From the NCBI GenBank assembly GCA_043228905.1, contig JBHGNT010000002.1, positions 12,524,001-12,588,000 of the forward strand: 64,000 nt of DNA. The letters run 5' to 3'. A model generated the notes under the pieces. That model did no database searches. It saw only the letters and a list, made by a program, of their open reading frames with translations, and had not been told where the DNA came from. The stretch is from Azolla caroliniana (lineage: Eukaryota > Plantae > Polypodiophyta). Positions 1 through 11,916 of this stretch are shown one piece after another (within the stretch, counting starts at the first letter, position 1; every line of letters starts with the position of its first letter). A program made the translations under genes and the position numbers.

Positions 1-2464
1 GTTGGATATTGACTTGTGGCTTAAGTGGATAAGCCACGTCAACTACCAAAGGCTTCAAGACCTGCAATCGAAACAAGTTGTGTTCGGATTGCCAAAATTC
101 GGTGGTCGAAAGGCCCAAATTTCTGAAGCTTGCTAGTTAGGGAAGCAACACCAACTTCCTTTCCCAAACAAGCGTAATTGGAGTCAAAATAAGCTCGACC
201 TGATACTTTCAGATGTATGGGGACTGGCACAGAACGTGAGTCTTGGCGGGAGGCGATATTTCGTCTCCTTCATCAACAACTACACTCGACATAGATGGAT
301 CTACCTCATCGAAAAGAAGAGTGAAGTCTTCGACTGTTTCCAGAACCTCAAAAATCTTGTCAAAAGGGAAAAAGGGAGGACGATCAAGTGCCTGCTATCG
401 GATGGCAGAAAAGAGTACTTTTCTAGCCAATTCAACAGTTATCTACAACAAATGGGAATTCGACGCGAATTTAGTTGCAGGTATACGCTGGAGCAAAATG
501 GCGTAGCCGATAGGAAGAATCAGTCGGTTGTGGAAACGGCGCGGGCAATGCTGGAAGAAAAGAGCATGCCCAAGTTCTATTGGGCCGAAGCGGTCTGAAC
601 CGCGGTCTACATCTAGAATCGGATCGGAGAAAAGTGTCAGCACATGAGTTGTATTTCAAAAGGAAGCTGAATCTACGCCACTTGAGGGTTTTCGGTAGCA
701 TCGCATATGTGCATGTGCCAAAGGAGAAGCAGAGGAAGCTAGACGCGAAAGCCGAGAAGTGTATCTTGGTCGGCTACTCAAGCAAACAGAAGGGTTATAA
801 GTGTTATAACCCCCAAAGCAAACAAGCTTGCGTAAGTCGCGATGTCGTGTTCAATGAGTCTTTGTCTTGGTATTTACCTCCCACTACGGACCTCAACTCC
901 AATCCAAGTTCTGAAGATGTGTTCAGCGAGGCTGAGATGTCCCTTGATGAACGCAAAGTCGAAACTCTTGAACAGAGTCCGATCTGATTTCGGCTAATTG
1001 GACCGAATGAGCGACTGAGTCAGTTTGACCAGTCAGATGAAGAGCCGGCGAATGGTAGAGACTCGGTTGTGCATTCCCCGCCCAGGAAGCCGAAGAGACG
1101 GCTTACGCGCAAAGAAAAGGGAAAGAAGAAGATGTCGAAGTACATCACAAATAGGGACGAGTCGGATCCACGTGAATCCGACTCCGAGAAGAGCGATGAC
1201 GGGCCTTCAAGAGTGAAGCCCGCATCTGCTAGAACGGCCTCAACATCGGCTAATGAGCATTTACGCCGATCTACCCACCAAAAGAACCTAGTTGTGCGGT
1301 TCGGATAAAACGAGTACATGGCACATCACTATGCATACATGACACGTGTAGCCCTTTGTCCACGAACGTGTCCTCTCTGGTGAAGTTGAACTTTAGTATG
1401 TTTCGATAGATCGACAGATTCACGCCGACATTTTCACCAACCCCCTTGGTCTGGACAAGTTATGGAAATTCTCGGGTGCATTTGGGTTGCGGCACTTCGA
1501 CGTGCCGAACTTGAGGGGGAGAAAAGTCCCGCAAGACCACGGAAAGGAGCAGGAAAGGAGCGGAAGTGACTGTGACACCAAATTGGATGACGAATTCGAT
1601 TTAGTGGCAGCTGAAGAAGGCAAAGGGGGATCCGCGGAAGAGTCTGGAAGTGAATGAGAGGGCAACCGCCGAAAGAAAGAGCTGGAGCCAACCAAGCATG
1701 GGGGAGATGAAGCAAACAAGGGCGAGAAGGCCAAGATTGAGGACGAATTCGAGACAACCAATTCGGGCAAAAGCGGAGACGAATCGGAGGCAACTGATTC
1801 GATTTGGATGTTTGATTCGGAGACTCCAAATCAACTGAAGGCCAAGCGGAAGAAAGGGAAGCAAAAGAGGCACCAACATCATGACAGCAAAGGAGCTGGA
1901 AAAGGCTGCACAAGCAGACAAGCCGACCGTAAGGGTCGAGGCACGCAGAATCGAACGGGTTGACGAGCACGAGCGAGGCATGAAGTAAAGAGAAACCGGA
2001 GCAAAGGACCGGAAGAGCCTCAAGTTGAGCTTCAGGGGGAGTGTTGAGATACAAGCTCAACATTGGTCGGATCGGCTGTGCAAGCCGAGAACCGGATCCG
2101 TTTGGACCGATTAGTTAGGTTGGATCGGTGCGGAAACCGGGAGACCATTGAACATATATTCTGTGAGGGAATATATTTGGGAGTTAGTGTAGGAGCTCAG
2201 TTATGAGCATTGAAGTACGTGTCATCACTTTTGTCAGCCTGTATGGACTTGTATAAAAGTGCCCTCTGAGCACATCCTATGTAAAGAGTTTCTGAGCACA
2301 TCCTATGTAAAGAGTTTTACACATTATTTTGAATTAAATTTCTTCTGTGTGTTTATTCCCTCATTGTGTCTCCCGCGTACATTGTGTCTTAAGCTCTCCA
2401 TTAAACCTATTTTTCCCTGTCAGTATTCTGTGTTTCGTATAGCTTCTGCACATAACATTTCACA
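1..2464 (+). mobile_element. Ty1/copia LTR retrotransposon, 3' part (degenerate; RT deleted), ending in its 3' LTR
   Basis: Integrase motifs (RYFVSFINNY, EQNGVADRKN, HLRVFGSIAYVHVPKEKQRKLDAKAEKCILVGY). Near 1355 the sequence jumps directly to the RNase H end (ERVLSGEVEL, ADIFT.PLGLDK). PPT agggggag at 2034-2041, then LTR TGTTGAG...TTTCACA. Confidence 0.85.
2042..2464 (+). repeat. 3' LTR of copia element
   Basis: TG...CA ends after the PPT; similar to the LTRs at 31335-31703 and 35344-35734; TATA-like gtataaaag near 2251. Confidence 0.8.
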
Positions 2465-5400
2465 TGTTGGTTATTAGTAGAACATGAAGTATTTCTACGT
2501 CCTATTTTAACTACTTTTGCATGGTTATGACCAATGGTTTTCCCCTTGCCATTAAGGCGTAAGGATCGTCGTAGTGGGATAAGGAGATTTTTACTATGAT
2601 AGGAACATGAATAATCAATGTGAGTTAGTTGTGTTCCGTCTAAAGGTTTTTCTTTATGAGTGCTAAGGCGATTATTAAGGCTCTTTTTAGTTTGCGTAGG
2701 ATTAGTGTTTAAAATCAGAGTATGTACATCAGTTTCCTGTGATTGTTTCGTTAGTAGAGGTAATGAATTAGAGTCATTGGTTGAAGTTGAAACTTGTGGG
2801 CGGGTCTCTAGAGATGAGGGCATTAGTGGAGGAGGGTTAATTGGCATATGGTCAAGTGTGACTTGTTGGATTTCCGAGGACATTGCTAGAGCCTGTCAAG
2901 AATTAGTAGGCGATAATATTACTTCTTTATTGGATTCAATGTTAGACATGGTAGTCGCGTCTTGTATCTTTTCATATCCATGGTGTGGGTGAGGATTAGA
3001 TATCAATTTATCTTCGTCAAATATCACTCGTCGACTAAATATAAACCTTTTGGATTTTGGGTCGTATAATCAATAACCCTTATAGCCATGAGGCTCACCA
3101 TACCCAACAAATATTATGCAAACTACGTGGTTATCTAATTTTGATCGAGTTTCCAAGGGTACGAGTGCATATGATGGACATCCAAAGATTCTTAGATTTT
3201 CATAATTTGGATTTTTTCCAAACCACAAGGAAAATGGAGTTGTCCTAATTGATCGACTATATGTTCTATTGAATATATAACAACAAGCTGTTGAAACGGC
3301 CTATTCCCAATATGTTCGGGGAAGGTTTGCAATGGCGAGCATGCAACGAGTGGCTTCCATATACAACCGGTTTCGTTGTTCATCCATTGAATTGTGTTGA
3401 GGTGTATATGGGATGGTAAACCATTATTGAATCCCATAGTTTTGGCAATAAGTTTGGAAATTTTGGGACTTGATTTCTCCACCATTATCTGATTGGAGTA
3501 CTTTAAGGGGTAAATCTTGTTGATTTGTGACAAGTTTATGATATGCTTTGAATTTCTCAAAGACTTGATCACTACATTTTGTCTTTAGAAACATGACCAT
3601 TGTGAAACGAGTAAAGTCATGGATAAATGTTAAGAAATATACATTTCCAGATAGGGATAGGGGTAGACAAAGGACCACATACATCCGTGTGTAGTAGTTG
3701 GAGGGGTTTGGTGATCGTTGTAGGATGGGATGGAAATGGCGACCTAGAGAGTTTTCCAACCCTTCGCAAAGGGATAGTTTCTATTTACGGGGAAGAGTAA
3801 AACCAATTGTTATATGTTGTCGGGCCATGTGAACCATTGTTTGATGGGTTAAGTGACCTAATCGATAGTGCCATAGTAAGGTCACATAGTTTGACGTGTT
3901 TGAATGATCTATATGGTGTGCTTCTTTAGCAGGTACCACACAACGGCCTAAAAGAGAAAGACATCCTTGTCTTGGACAATTAACGACATTGCCTCGACTA
4001 GAGGGTGTCTTATGGCCAATGATACAATATTTGTGATAGAACTCAATGGATGTATTATCATTCTTTATTGACAGATATCAAGTTGTTTTACATGTTATGT
4101 ATATAATAAACTTCATTGACTTCAATGAAATTCCCATCAGAAAGTTCAAGATGGGCAGTCCCATGTCCAAGGGCATATTCAACCCCATTGTTCCCAAATC
4201 TCAATGGGAAAGGATGTTCTAAGACCTTATAGTCTTTGAGCCATTCAGCCCTTGAGGTGAGGTGACATGTGGCACCTGTATCAAGAATCCACTTTGAAGT
4301 GGGAGAGTTGTTAAATGAAATGAGGGCCATGAAGGCAGTGAAAGAATCTTCATTATCCTCATCAGAATTTTGGTCACTATGACATATGTCATTGTTTTGA
4401 TCATAGTCATCATGCGATGCATTGTAAGATTGGTCTTCTTTATATGTTCTTTTCCCGTTGTTATTAGAATTCTTATAACATTCTTTTGTTTCATGTCCAC
4501 TCCATTGACAATTTTTGCAAAAGGATCTAAGGAACCTAGATTTGTTATGATTCCTTGAATTATTAAATTTAAAGGCCCGTGAATAAAATTTGGAGTTATG
4601 AGGTTGGTATGTTGATCTAGGTTTATTGTAAAAAAAATTATTGTAATTTGGATGTTTGATATAAAGTGCGGTGTGAGATGAGGAGGGTTGATTTATTGCC
4701 CTATGAAGTATGTTTTCTTGTGAGATTGATGCCACTAATGTTGGTTGATGTGGATTTTGTGCTTATAAATGGATGCCATGATGGGGGTAGGGCGGCTAAT
4801 AAGAGGGCGGATTGATCGGAACTTCGCAAACTAAGTGCTGAAAGGATCACATCATCAAGTTGAAGTCTCCAATTTTTGACAAACGTGTCAACATCATCAT
4901 TTAACACCAGGTCATTTGAAACAGGTAATATGTCGCATTCTCTTTTTCATATCTTAGCGAGATGTTAAAAAATGCCTTATTTAAGCAAAATTTCAAAAAG
5001 GCTTGACACATGCGTATGTGGTTTATGAAAACATAGCAAAAATAGAACTAACTAATATCATGTCAACAAAATCATCAGACGTATATTGTATCTACCATGT
5101 TTTTGTCCAAATCTTAGACAAGGGTGTATTTGTCAATGCAAGTATAATAGTAACACGAGTCCTTGTGCATATTCTAAAAAGCATACCCCATTGAATAAGT
5201 GACTTCTTCTAATTATGTGTGTATATTTATATATAATATATCTAAAAGCAAATTGTGAACCTTGCAATTAAGAGATACTACTAAGTCAAGAGAAAATTTC
5301 TATTGACACGTGATACATGACACTGTCAATGTATAAATAAACTAGTCTACGATAACATTCCAATCATACGAGTAAATGATAGAGTATAAATTTATCTCCG

Positions 5401-5783
5401 ATATACCCCAAATGATAAAGGAGAGTTTAGACAACATGTACACATACAAGTATACTTAATCTGTAAGTTCAATGATTGTTACATGAAAATTATAAGTAAG
5501 CTCAACTTATATATTACGTCAAAATTTAACAATTCATATTGTTCAAAATTTACAATAAGACATTTCCATTCAATCGAGTAATAAGTCTAGTAAAGCCGTC
5601 TCCTCAGGATTAGCTCTTTCATCAGGATTGTCCTCATTGGCTTCGTTAGTACGCTAAGTTGAATCGTTAGTATGTTCAGACTCTGAAACGTCTTCTAATT
5701 CAACAAGGTGCCCTGCGTCTTCATCTATAGGCTCCACAGGTTCTCTAAAAGTCATCTGGAACATCTAAGTTTCATTGATATGC

Positions 5784-6103
5784 TTTGCCCCAACTTCTTG
5801 GTCTTGATCAGGACAGCCCCAGATACCTTGGATCCTCATTTTGATGAAATTAATCTGCTCAAGGTCCTTCTCTAATGCAACAGAGTTCCTGATCATCTTT
5901 AAGGCACATGTTTTAGTAGTACATGACAATAGAATGAAATTTGCCCCAACTTCCTTCTTGGTCTTGATCAGGACAACCCGAGATACCTTGGATCCTCATT
6001 TTGATGAAATTAACTTGCTCAAGGTCCTTCTCTAATGCAATAGAGTTCCTGATCATCATTAAGGCACATGTTTTAGTAGTACATGACAATAGAATGAAAT
6101 TGC
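5784..6103. repeat. ~160-bp tandem duplication inside the TIR element
   Basis: ttgccccaacttc...gatcaggaca...gtagtacatgacaatagaatgaaatt occurs twice. Confidence 0.8.
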
Positions 6104-6243
6104 ACAAGTAACATCAAACTCAAGAATAGACTATAGCGTTAATCTAAATTGATGTAAGTTTTATATTATACACTTGTGTCAGAAAACAAATCAAAAACCC
6201 ATTGAAAAATTGAAACAATAAAATTTGAAAAAATAACAAATCT

Positions 6244-7740
6244 TGGATTTTCAATTGGAATCCAATGCGATGCACTAGATTTCAGTTGAAAATCCAAAGT
6301 TTTTTTATTTTGTAATTTTTAAAAAAAATTCCATAAAAAAATAAAATATGGATTTTCAGCTAAAATACTATGCACTACATTATATTTTAGTCTATATAGC
6401 TAGAATCTAATGCAATGCATTGGATTAAAGTCGAAAATCCATTTTTCTTTCTTCTTTTTTCAATGTTATTTATTTATTTATTTCCATATAAAATAATAAT
6501 AAATGGCATTTTAACTGAAATCTGATCCATTCCATCAAATTGTAGTCTATACAGCTAAACATCGGTGCATTGCATCAGATTTTAGCTAGTAATCCTTTTT
6601 CTTTTCAATTGTTTTTCATTTTCTCGAAAAATAAATAAAATTATATTAAAAAAGTGGATTTCCAACTGAAATCTAATGCACTACATCGTATTTCAATTAA
6701 AAATCCAAATTTCTTTTAGTTTTCTCATAAAACAATGAGATAATAAAAATATATTGCATTTTCAACGAAAATCTGAACCATTGAGTCGAGTTTCAGTTGA
6801 AAATAAATGATAAATGAAAAAACAAAAGAAAAATGTTGGATTTTCAACGGAAATCCGATGCAATGCATCAGATTTCCTTTGAAAATCCCCTTCAAAATGA
6901 TGGAATTTCAACGGAAATCCGATGGACTACATCGGATTTTCGTTGAAAACCTGTTGAATAGATGTGTTTTCACCGGATATCATAAATAAATATATAGAAA
7001 TTGAAAAAATGGATTTTCAACGGAAATCGGATTCCCATTGAAAACACATAATTTTAAATGGAAAAAATCGCAATTTTTTTATTTTAAACATTTTTTTAGA
7101 AAAAAAATAAAAAAAATTGTAAACAAACAAGGAAAACTGGACTTTCAATGGAAATCCGATGCACTGCATCAGATTTTCATTGAAAATCCATTTTTCAATT
7201 TCTATATATTTATTTATGAGAAAAATAAAAAAAATTCAAAAAATATGAAAATTTGGAAACACATAAGAAAAAGTGGACTTTCAACAGAAATCCGATGCAA
7301 TGCATCGGATTTCCATTGAAAACCCATTTTTTCCATTATTAATTATTTATTTATGGGAAAATTTCAAAAAATTCAAAAAATATGAAAATTTGGAAACACA
7401 TAAGAAAAGTGAACTTTCAACAGAAATCCGAGTCCACTTTTTCTTATGTGTTTCCAAATTTCCATTGAAATCTATTTTTCCAATTTTTACTTATTTATTT
7501 ACGAGAAAAATGAAAAATGTTTATTTATTTATTTACGGGAAATGCATGCAATGTATCATATTTTGGTCTATGTAGCTAGAATTTGATGCAATGCATTATG
7601 TGTTAGTTGAAAATGCAAGAGTATTTTTTTAATGGAATTTTTTTAAAAAATTACAAGACTTACAACAGGAATCTGATGCACTACATCCCATTCTAGATGT
7701 ATAGAGTAAAATTCGACATGCTGCATCAAATCTAGATGGA
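6244..7740. repeat. Array of about 14 palindromic ~50-bp units separated by AT-rich spacers
   Basis: Consensus GGATTTTCAACGGAAATCCGATGCA(A)TGCATCGGATTTCCGTTGAAAATCC, with copies near 6244, 6349, 6504, 6655, 6755, 6838, 6901, 7010, 7138, 7274, 7410, 7570 and 7660. Confidence 0.8.
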
Positions 7741-9304
7741 ATGAATCGGATTTTTGTATGACATCGAAGGCTTACTATGAGAATCTAAGAAAAATGAAAA
7801 ACATCTTTACGACATTTTTTTAGATTCTAATGATTTTGGTAGAAAACTTCTCTCACATAATCAAATATCGTAAATAGAAAGTACATAATTAAATATCATA
7901 ACCAAAAAGTGAGGAAGAAAGATGCATCAAGCACATCTACTCTTACATTGGATAATGTTTATATACTAGTGTATGACTTATCTTTGACCAAAACAAGTTA
8001 TCTGCGACAGACCACAATGAAGATACTAAAAGAGGATCTGGAATGTGGCTTCAGACACAACACAAAGACAAAAAAGAAGCATGACTCATAACCTCGATGA
8101 GGTTGGATTGCAGTTGGATGAAGACAATCCATTAGTTGCCATTGATGATGAGGATGAGACCGCATAAACTCGTACTAGTTCATCTAATGGGTATGAAGAT
8201 GATGGCATAAACTTGAAAAATGATTGTCCTGATACGTTAACTGTAAATATTGTATTGTACATCAAGATTTGGATTCATGAATTTCTATAAATATTGGTGT
8301 TAGTCATTTTGGACATTCATTTGTAAGTTTGGCATGTCCATTATTTAGGCATTTTGTTGAACACCTAAATTTCCGTACATGCTAAAAATCAATATATTTT
8401 GGGTAATTTTTAAAAATCCTTTACGCATGAAGCACCCCTTTTTGTGAATCACCCTAATTTGTGACATTTTTTGATGGAAAGTTCTCAAAACGCGACATAT
8501 TACCTGTTTCAAATGTCCCGGTGTTATTTTCATTCATATTCATATTTATTAAAGTTTTTAAATTTGCAACTTGGGACGTAACGTCCGTATGGAGGTAATC
8601 AGCCTCTAATCTATCCCATTTTTGTTTGTAGGTAGTCAAGGTTCTCACACTTTGCTTAACTGTGTCCTCCATATGAAGGAGAAGTTCTAAGCGAGCATTT
8701 AAATCACGTAGCTTCCATGTTTGCACGTCAAGTGCATTTGTGGGGACATTAATGTCGGACCACATAGAGAGAGATTGTGGTGGTTATAGGTGCACCCTAT
8801 TTTTGGGGTGCACCTTTTCATATTATTTACCCTTTCGTATCATATATTTCTCTATTTATTTATTCTAACTAATTAGTTTATTACAACACATAGGACATTA
8901 AGAGTGTTGGTCGCAGTCTCGCAAGTAAGCTGACCAAAAGGAAGGACGTTCTTTTGATTGAGGATATACAATCAAAATAGAAGAGAAGAAAATTGTTGAA
9001 ACGAAGAGACGTGGTCGTCATTGACCAAAGGGCCGAGTAGGGGTTGGTGGCTGAACAGTGAGTCGAAGTTTGCAACGACACTTTAGAAATCAATCACAAC
9101 AATACACTTATAGGGCCGATTATCCAAGGAAAATAGTCCACAATGACGATTGATGATGTGATGGCCATGCCCAAGATCTCATCACCAACACTAAGAATGA
9201 AGATGTTGATTGTAATCCAATTCTCTTTATGTCATGTGTTATTGCAAGCGGATTTTCTCAACTATTGGGTATTTTCCTTCAAGATATTTTTAGTTCAAAA
9301 CTAA

Positions 9305-10440
9305 AGATGTGTGGTTTCAGTATGCTTGTTGCTCATGCTGCACAATGTGATCTACAATTGCACCACTTGGATGCATAAACAACTTCTCTTCATGGGGATT
9401 TAGATGGACTTTACCTACAACTAGAAAAATTTAAATATCCAAATCTTCCGAAGTTTGTATGTTGACTTTGTAAATTGATCTACAACCTTAAACATTCTCC
9501 ATGCATGTGACATCACAAATTTCACCATTTTCTTATTAATGTTAGATATATCAACATTTTAACAATGAGCCAAATATTTATCCTAGAAAAACCAAATCCA
9601 CCTTTGTTATTTTTGGTGTCTATGTTGATGGTTTTCCCTTGATCTCCAATTCCAATTATTATTTAACTCTTGCATTTGTCGTTCCTATCACTGATTTAGG
9701 TCCTATGACATATTCTTGTTCAAGTAATTCGAGATAGATCAAATCACACAATCTCAATATATTACCATTGTTGTATAGTAAGAAAATTAAAAGTCCTCTT
9801 ATCAATCTTTGTGAACTCTCTAATGATGATGGTCCAAAAATAGATCAAGAAAATTCTAAAATCAAATATATAGTATATACCCCATAAATAAGTTCTTGGA
9901 TGCACTAAATATCTAGACAATTGCACATGTCAAAAGGTTACTACTATGTTTTGTTGCTTGTTTTCTTCCTCATTTCATGGCTAATCCACGATCAACACAT
10001 TGGATTGTCATCAAAAGGCTAGCACAATATTTGAAGTATACACAAAAATATGCATTGAATTACGCAATCACACAATTTGATTGGGGGGAGATGTGGATGA
10101 GCACTAGTCAATAGGTGGCTATATTTCCACACTAGCTCGTGTTGTGAATTGTTGGAAATCAAAGAAGCAATCTATTGTAGCATTAACATCTATGAATGTT
10201 GAATATGCGGTCACACATTTAGATTAAATCAATGCTCAAGAAATAGAACCTATTTACCATTCCAACACTAACTTTGTTTTGCAATAATCAATCATGTATC
10301 AAGCTTGCCAACAATCCGAACATGAGCCACAATATTCATTTCCTTTGTGGTCTCATTGAAACAAGGAAGATAGAACTAAAGTTTACTCCCACTCATCGTC
10401 ATATGTGGACAAAATTTTCTCACTAAGCCTCTTCAGCACT
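9305..10440 (+). pseudogene. Highly degraded copia RT-RNase H remnant
   Basis: Fragments translate to AHAAQCDLQLHHLDA*TTSLHGDLD, GVYVDG (YVDD-like), DWGGDVD, WKSKKQSIVALTS and FLTKPL. Confidence 0.75.
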
Positions 10441-11360
10441 CTTATGTACATTATTTGGTGCAAGCAAGTAAAATTAAGTTGATGTAACTCAAGAGAAAGA
10501 TAAAAACTTAGAAGTCTAGAAATTTTGACTTAAGATGGAGCGTAGAAAATGAAAATAAATGAACTAATATAAAGAAGTATAAATAGGTAAAGTATAGTTC
10601 TTATGATGATGGTTTGGTAGTAGTTAGTGGTCTCCCATAAAACCACCACCACTCTTGCATTCTCCAATAATAATATATGTAGTTTTACCTCTTTTTTTTT
10701 TTCTCTATCTATTTTTCTTCTTCGTTTGTTTTTATTTTGCAACTACCATACCCTAGTGATAAGTTGTTAACGTTACCAATTCTAAGCCCTTGAGATTCAA
10801 GGTTGAATACATGACCTTATGGTCTCCCCATGTATGGGTAACCTTACATGACCTCTTGGCATCTATTTTCTTTCCATCTCTTTTATGTTTCCTTTTCGTG
10901 GATCAACAATGAATAAGTTAGATTTTGGTAGAGATGTATGTAATCGGATCGAATTATATGATTCGAAGTGGGAAAATTTCTAAGTTATGGTAGTAGTAGT
11001 AGTAGTAGTAGCAGCAGCAGCAGCAGTAGTTCATGACACCAGATTTGTTTGGGAGTGGGCAGGGGTGTGATAAATGGACTGCTGATCATCAGGTATGTAT
11101 GTGATATATTTTATTTATCTTTAAGCTTCTTCTTCTTCTTCTTGTTATTGTTCCATGTGTGAGAAAAGGAAGGTTCTTGGACCGTCCAATAATATGTGAA
11201 CATTTTCCAACCCCTCCACCGATCGATCGCTCCTTCATCCGTATGTGCAGCAATCATTATTTACTCCACCGATCGCCTCATGATTTTTGGGGCCATCAGC
11301 TGCTGCTGCTGCAGCTCCACCTTCTGGAAGAGGCCGGCCCTCCTCCTGTACCTACTACTA

Positions 11361-11555
11361 CTACATATTTCCACATGGATTTCTTGATCTTGGCCGCAGA
11401 ATTAGCCCACCTCCTCTTACTACTACTACTAATGTATCATCCTCTTCGCCTCCAGGATTATTATTATTATTAAGATGTTTAATAATGTTGTAGTCAGCAT
11501 CTTCTTCATCTGACCCATCATCATTGCTCCTTTCATCAATCGATCCCTCCTCCAC
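11361..11555 (-). CDS. LPA1: LPA1-like exon 6 (terminal)
   Basis: gatcag|[19 protein letters not shown]... to the stop; matches the EGSVDE motif of the family. Confidence 0.6.
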   Translation of the reverse strand: MEEGSIDERSNDDGSDEEDADYNIIKHLNNNNNPGGEEDDTLVVVVRGGGLILRPRSRNPCGNM

Positions 11556-11880
11556 CTGATCACCACACACCCACACCAGATGGCAACACCCACCCAATTC
11601 AAAAATGCATCACACACCAAAACATGCATGATTCTCCTCCTCCTACTACTATATCTAAAGAATATGTCCGACAGACATTTTTGATTACCTCCTCTTCAAA
11701 CTCAGCTTCTCTTCCTCTGTCCATGTCTTCTTCGTCTTCATCATCATCATCATCATCTTCTTCTTCACTATCCCTATCCACCCTGTGATTGTGATCGTCT
11801 TCTTGTTCATCGTCACTTTCAAACACTCTACTGTTGATGATAAGCTGCTGCACAAAGATATACATACATACATACATACA

Positions 11881-11916
<36 letters not shown>

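Larger units (their letters stand above)
4903..8525. mobile_element. Non-autonomous TIR DNA transposon (superfamily unresolved), 34-bp TIRs, 4-bp TSD ATTT
   Basis: AACACCAGGTCATTTGAAACAGGTAATATGTCGC (4903-4936) matches the reverse complement of 8492-8525 with 2 mismatches. ATTT at 4899-4902 and 8526-8529. Removing the element and one TSD copy restores the copia gag frame (MNMNENDDVDTF). Confidence 0.8.
2465..8765 (-). mobile_element. Degenerate Ty1/copia gag-protease-integrase, split by a TIR element at 4903-8525
   Basis: Gag N-part 8765-8526 (KWDRLEADYLHTDVTSQVANLKTLINMNM) resumes at 4902 (DDVDTFVKNWRLQLDD, LLLAALPPSWHPF). Zinc knuckle CKNCQWSGHETKEC, protease WILDTGATCHLT, integrase YFLTFIHDFTRF...LQSDNGGE; many stops. 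Confidence 0.8.

Noticed and set aside
6244-7740. CRISPR array interpretation of the palindromic repeat-spacer pattern
   Set aside because: Eukaryotic TE context, no cas genes, degenerate repeats, and low-complexity spacers of irregular length that are partly duplicated.
8788-8815. Hairpin AGGTGCACCC...GGGTGCACCT as a transposon end
   Set aside because: No matching partner terminus or TSD found.
9305-10440. RT remnant as the inverted 3' half of the minus-strand copia at 2465-8765
   Set aside because: No junction or TSD evidence, and it looks more decayed; treated as a separate relic.
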